Origin: Paraphysomonas bandaiensis
Lineage: Eukaryota > Protista > Chrysophyceae
Direction: 5' to 3'
DNA: 9,601 nt
NCBI GenBank assembly: GCA_965644295.1
Contig: CBFFRP010000246.1
Coordinates: 1-9,601, forward strand
In this document: in pieces, positions 8,241 to 9,601 of the stretch
How positions within the stretch are numbered: the stretch's first letter is position 1
How the letters are laid out: each line of letters opens with the position of its first letter
Made by a program: the position numbers and the translations under genes
The notes under the pieces: model-generated
Database searches by the model: none
What the model saw: only the letters and a program-made list of their open reading frames with translations
What the model was told of the DNA's origin: nothing

Positions 8241-8602
8241 ATTGAGATTTATGATTGATTCAAAATTATTCTGAGCAGTTCAACAATGCGGAGACATGAA
8301 CGAGTCTGTGTGCAGATTTATTTGAAAATTGAACTAACAGATTTGAAAAAATCCGCGTATCTTGCACAGCTTTCATGCTATAGAATTTAAAAAGGGTCAT
8401 TTTTATGCATTTCTTACATGGAATTCTGGATTTTCCGTAGAACATAGGGTTTTCATGCTCACCACTGCAGCTGATATCTAAATATCCGGATATTGAGTCG
8501 TATCAAGATCTTGTACTCTGCCTGGAATACTGAAATCAGCAGATGTCAGGGATATCTACATTCTACTTGCTCACTGCGTTTGCTCTGAGTGATATAGAAC
8601 GA

Positions 8603-8987
8603 ACCTTGGTGCATGCGGTGACGCACAAGCAGCTTTTGTAGCGTTAAATATAGTAGGATATCATAGTTAAGCACTCGTTAGCTAAATTGCAATAATGCTA
8701 CATTAGTTCTGACGCTTAAACGCCCATTTCTAATAATCAGACGGTCACTAATACACACTTTTACTGATATTGCAGCAAAATTTTCAAATAAAGTGCGTTA
8801 ATTTATTTGTACCTCAGAGCCTGGTGGAACCTTATCCCAAGGGGAGACGCCCGGACAACAAGCGCCAGTGAGTCCTAAGACACACGAGCAGGGCGAAGCT
8901 CACAAACAACATTAAGAACGGAAGTGGTTGCACCTTGGTGCTTGCGGCGACGCACAAGCAGCTTCTGTAGCGCTAAATAGTAGGATA
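8603..8987 (+). repeat. Diverged direct repeat: copy 1 at 8603-8660, copy 2 at 8932-8987 (weaker similarity extends to ~8735 and ~9090)
   Basis: ACCTTGGTGCATGCGGTGACGCACAAGCAGCTTTTGTAGCGTTAAATATAGTAGGATA vs ACCTTGGTGCTTGCGGCGACGCACAAGCAGCTTCTGTAGCGCTAAATAGTAGGATA. Downstream, TTAAACGCCCATTTCTAATA vs TTTAACGCCTATTGCTAAATA. Confidence 0.85.
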
Positions 8988-9241
8988 ATAGAATTTGTGG
9001 TGATTAGTTATGGGTAGTGGTCTAACTAGTAGGTCTAGCATTCAACTAGCCACTATATCGGAACGAGTTTTTAACGCCTATTGCTAAATAAAAAGAATTT
9101 CAATACCTATTTGATTTGTGTATGAATACTCTGTAGAACTGTTGAAAAACAATGGGAGGGGGCAGCATTGGGATATATAATAATTTTACAACCATGAAGT
9201 AGCTGTGCATCCCAGGGTCTGGTAACCGTTAATAGTAATGA

Positions 9242-9291
9242 CATTAATGGTAATGCCATTATAATTGCCGGGAATTGCACTACCATTAATG
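9242..9291. repeat. Short inverted repeat / hairpin
   Basis: CATTAATGGTA (9242-9252) and TACCATTAATG (9281-9291) are perfect 11-bp complements, with partial inner pairing. Confidence 0.6.
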
Positions 9292-9601
9292 ACCTGTACT
9301 GCTATATATAGAACTGAGTATTTTTAAGATAATATATAGTATCTTCTCTATCCTCTATACTCCGAAGAAACTCTAAACAATGTTAGACAACAATGTTCAT
9401 GGTGCATCCTATATATATATAGTGTAGTCAACAAAATATCAATTAAAAGTGAAAACATGAGTGAGTTTTATTATAATACGAAGTAATGACCATGATTGCA
9501 AGTATTATCTACTAAAGACCAATGGATAAATATACTGTATTGAACAGATAAATTCAATAATTCGCTTAAGTTGACCAATTTCAGCTGTGTGCTTTAAATT
9601 A

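Noticed and set aside
8320-8360. TTTGAA / CGCG motifs as cell-cycle (CHR/E2F/MCB-like) elements for RNR2
   Set aside because: Short imperfect matches expected by chance; unsupported without comparative data.
8864-8886. CAGTGAGTCCTAAGACACAC resembling a hammerhead core
   Set aside because: Lacks the invariant CUGANGA and GAAA.

Overview
Eukaryotic (protist-like) genomic DNA read in the standard code, with short GT-AG introns of 49-67 nt. (1) 4-4412 is an apparently complete 4.4-kb pogo/Fot1-type (DD35D, Tc1/mariner superfamily) DNA transposon. It has 25-bp TIRs, a TA target duplication, and a minus-strand, one-intron transposase of about 821 aa (N-terminal HTHs, DDD core, coiled coil, SAP-like C-terminus). 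Its 1.6-kb extra arm appears to carry a decayed plus-strand OTU cysteine-protease/deubiquitinase-like passenger gene. (2) 4554-5574 (+) is a two-exon, membrane-anchored GT2 glycosyltransferase resembling the TIGR04283/GT_2_like_a group, with altered conserved motifs. (3) About 6150-6444 is a GC-richer, hairpin-dense non-coding island, a candidate minus-strand structured RNA. (4) 7089-8240 (-) is the ribonucleotide reductase small subunit (two exons). Its essential C-terminal 49 codons lie in the -1 frame after an A7 run, most likely an assembly error but formally an A-AAA-AAT slippery site. (5) 8590-9090 is an old ~330-bp-period duplication with a conserved GNRA hairpin. All assignments come from visual motif recognition; no searches were run.
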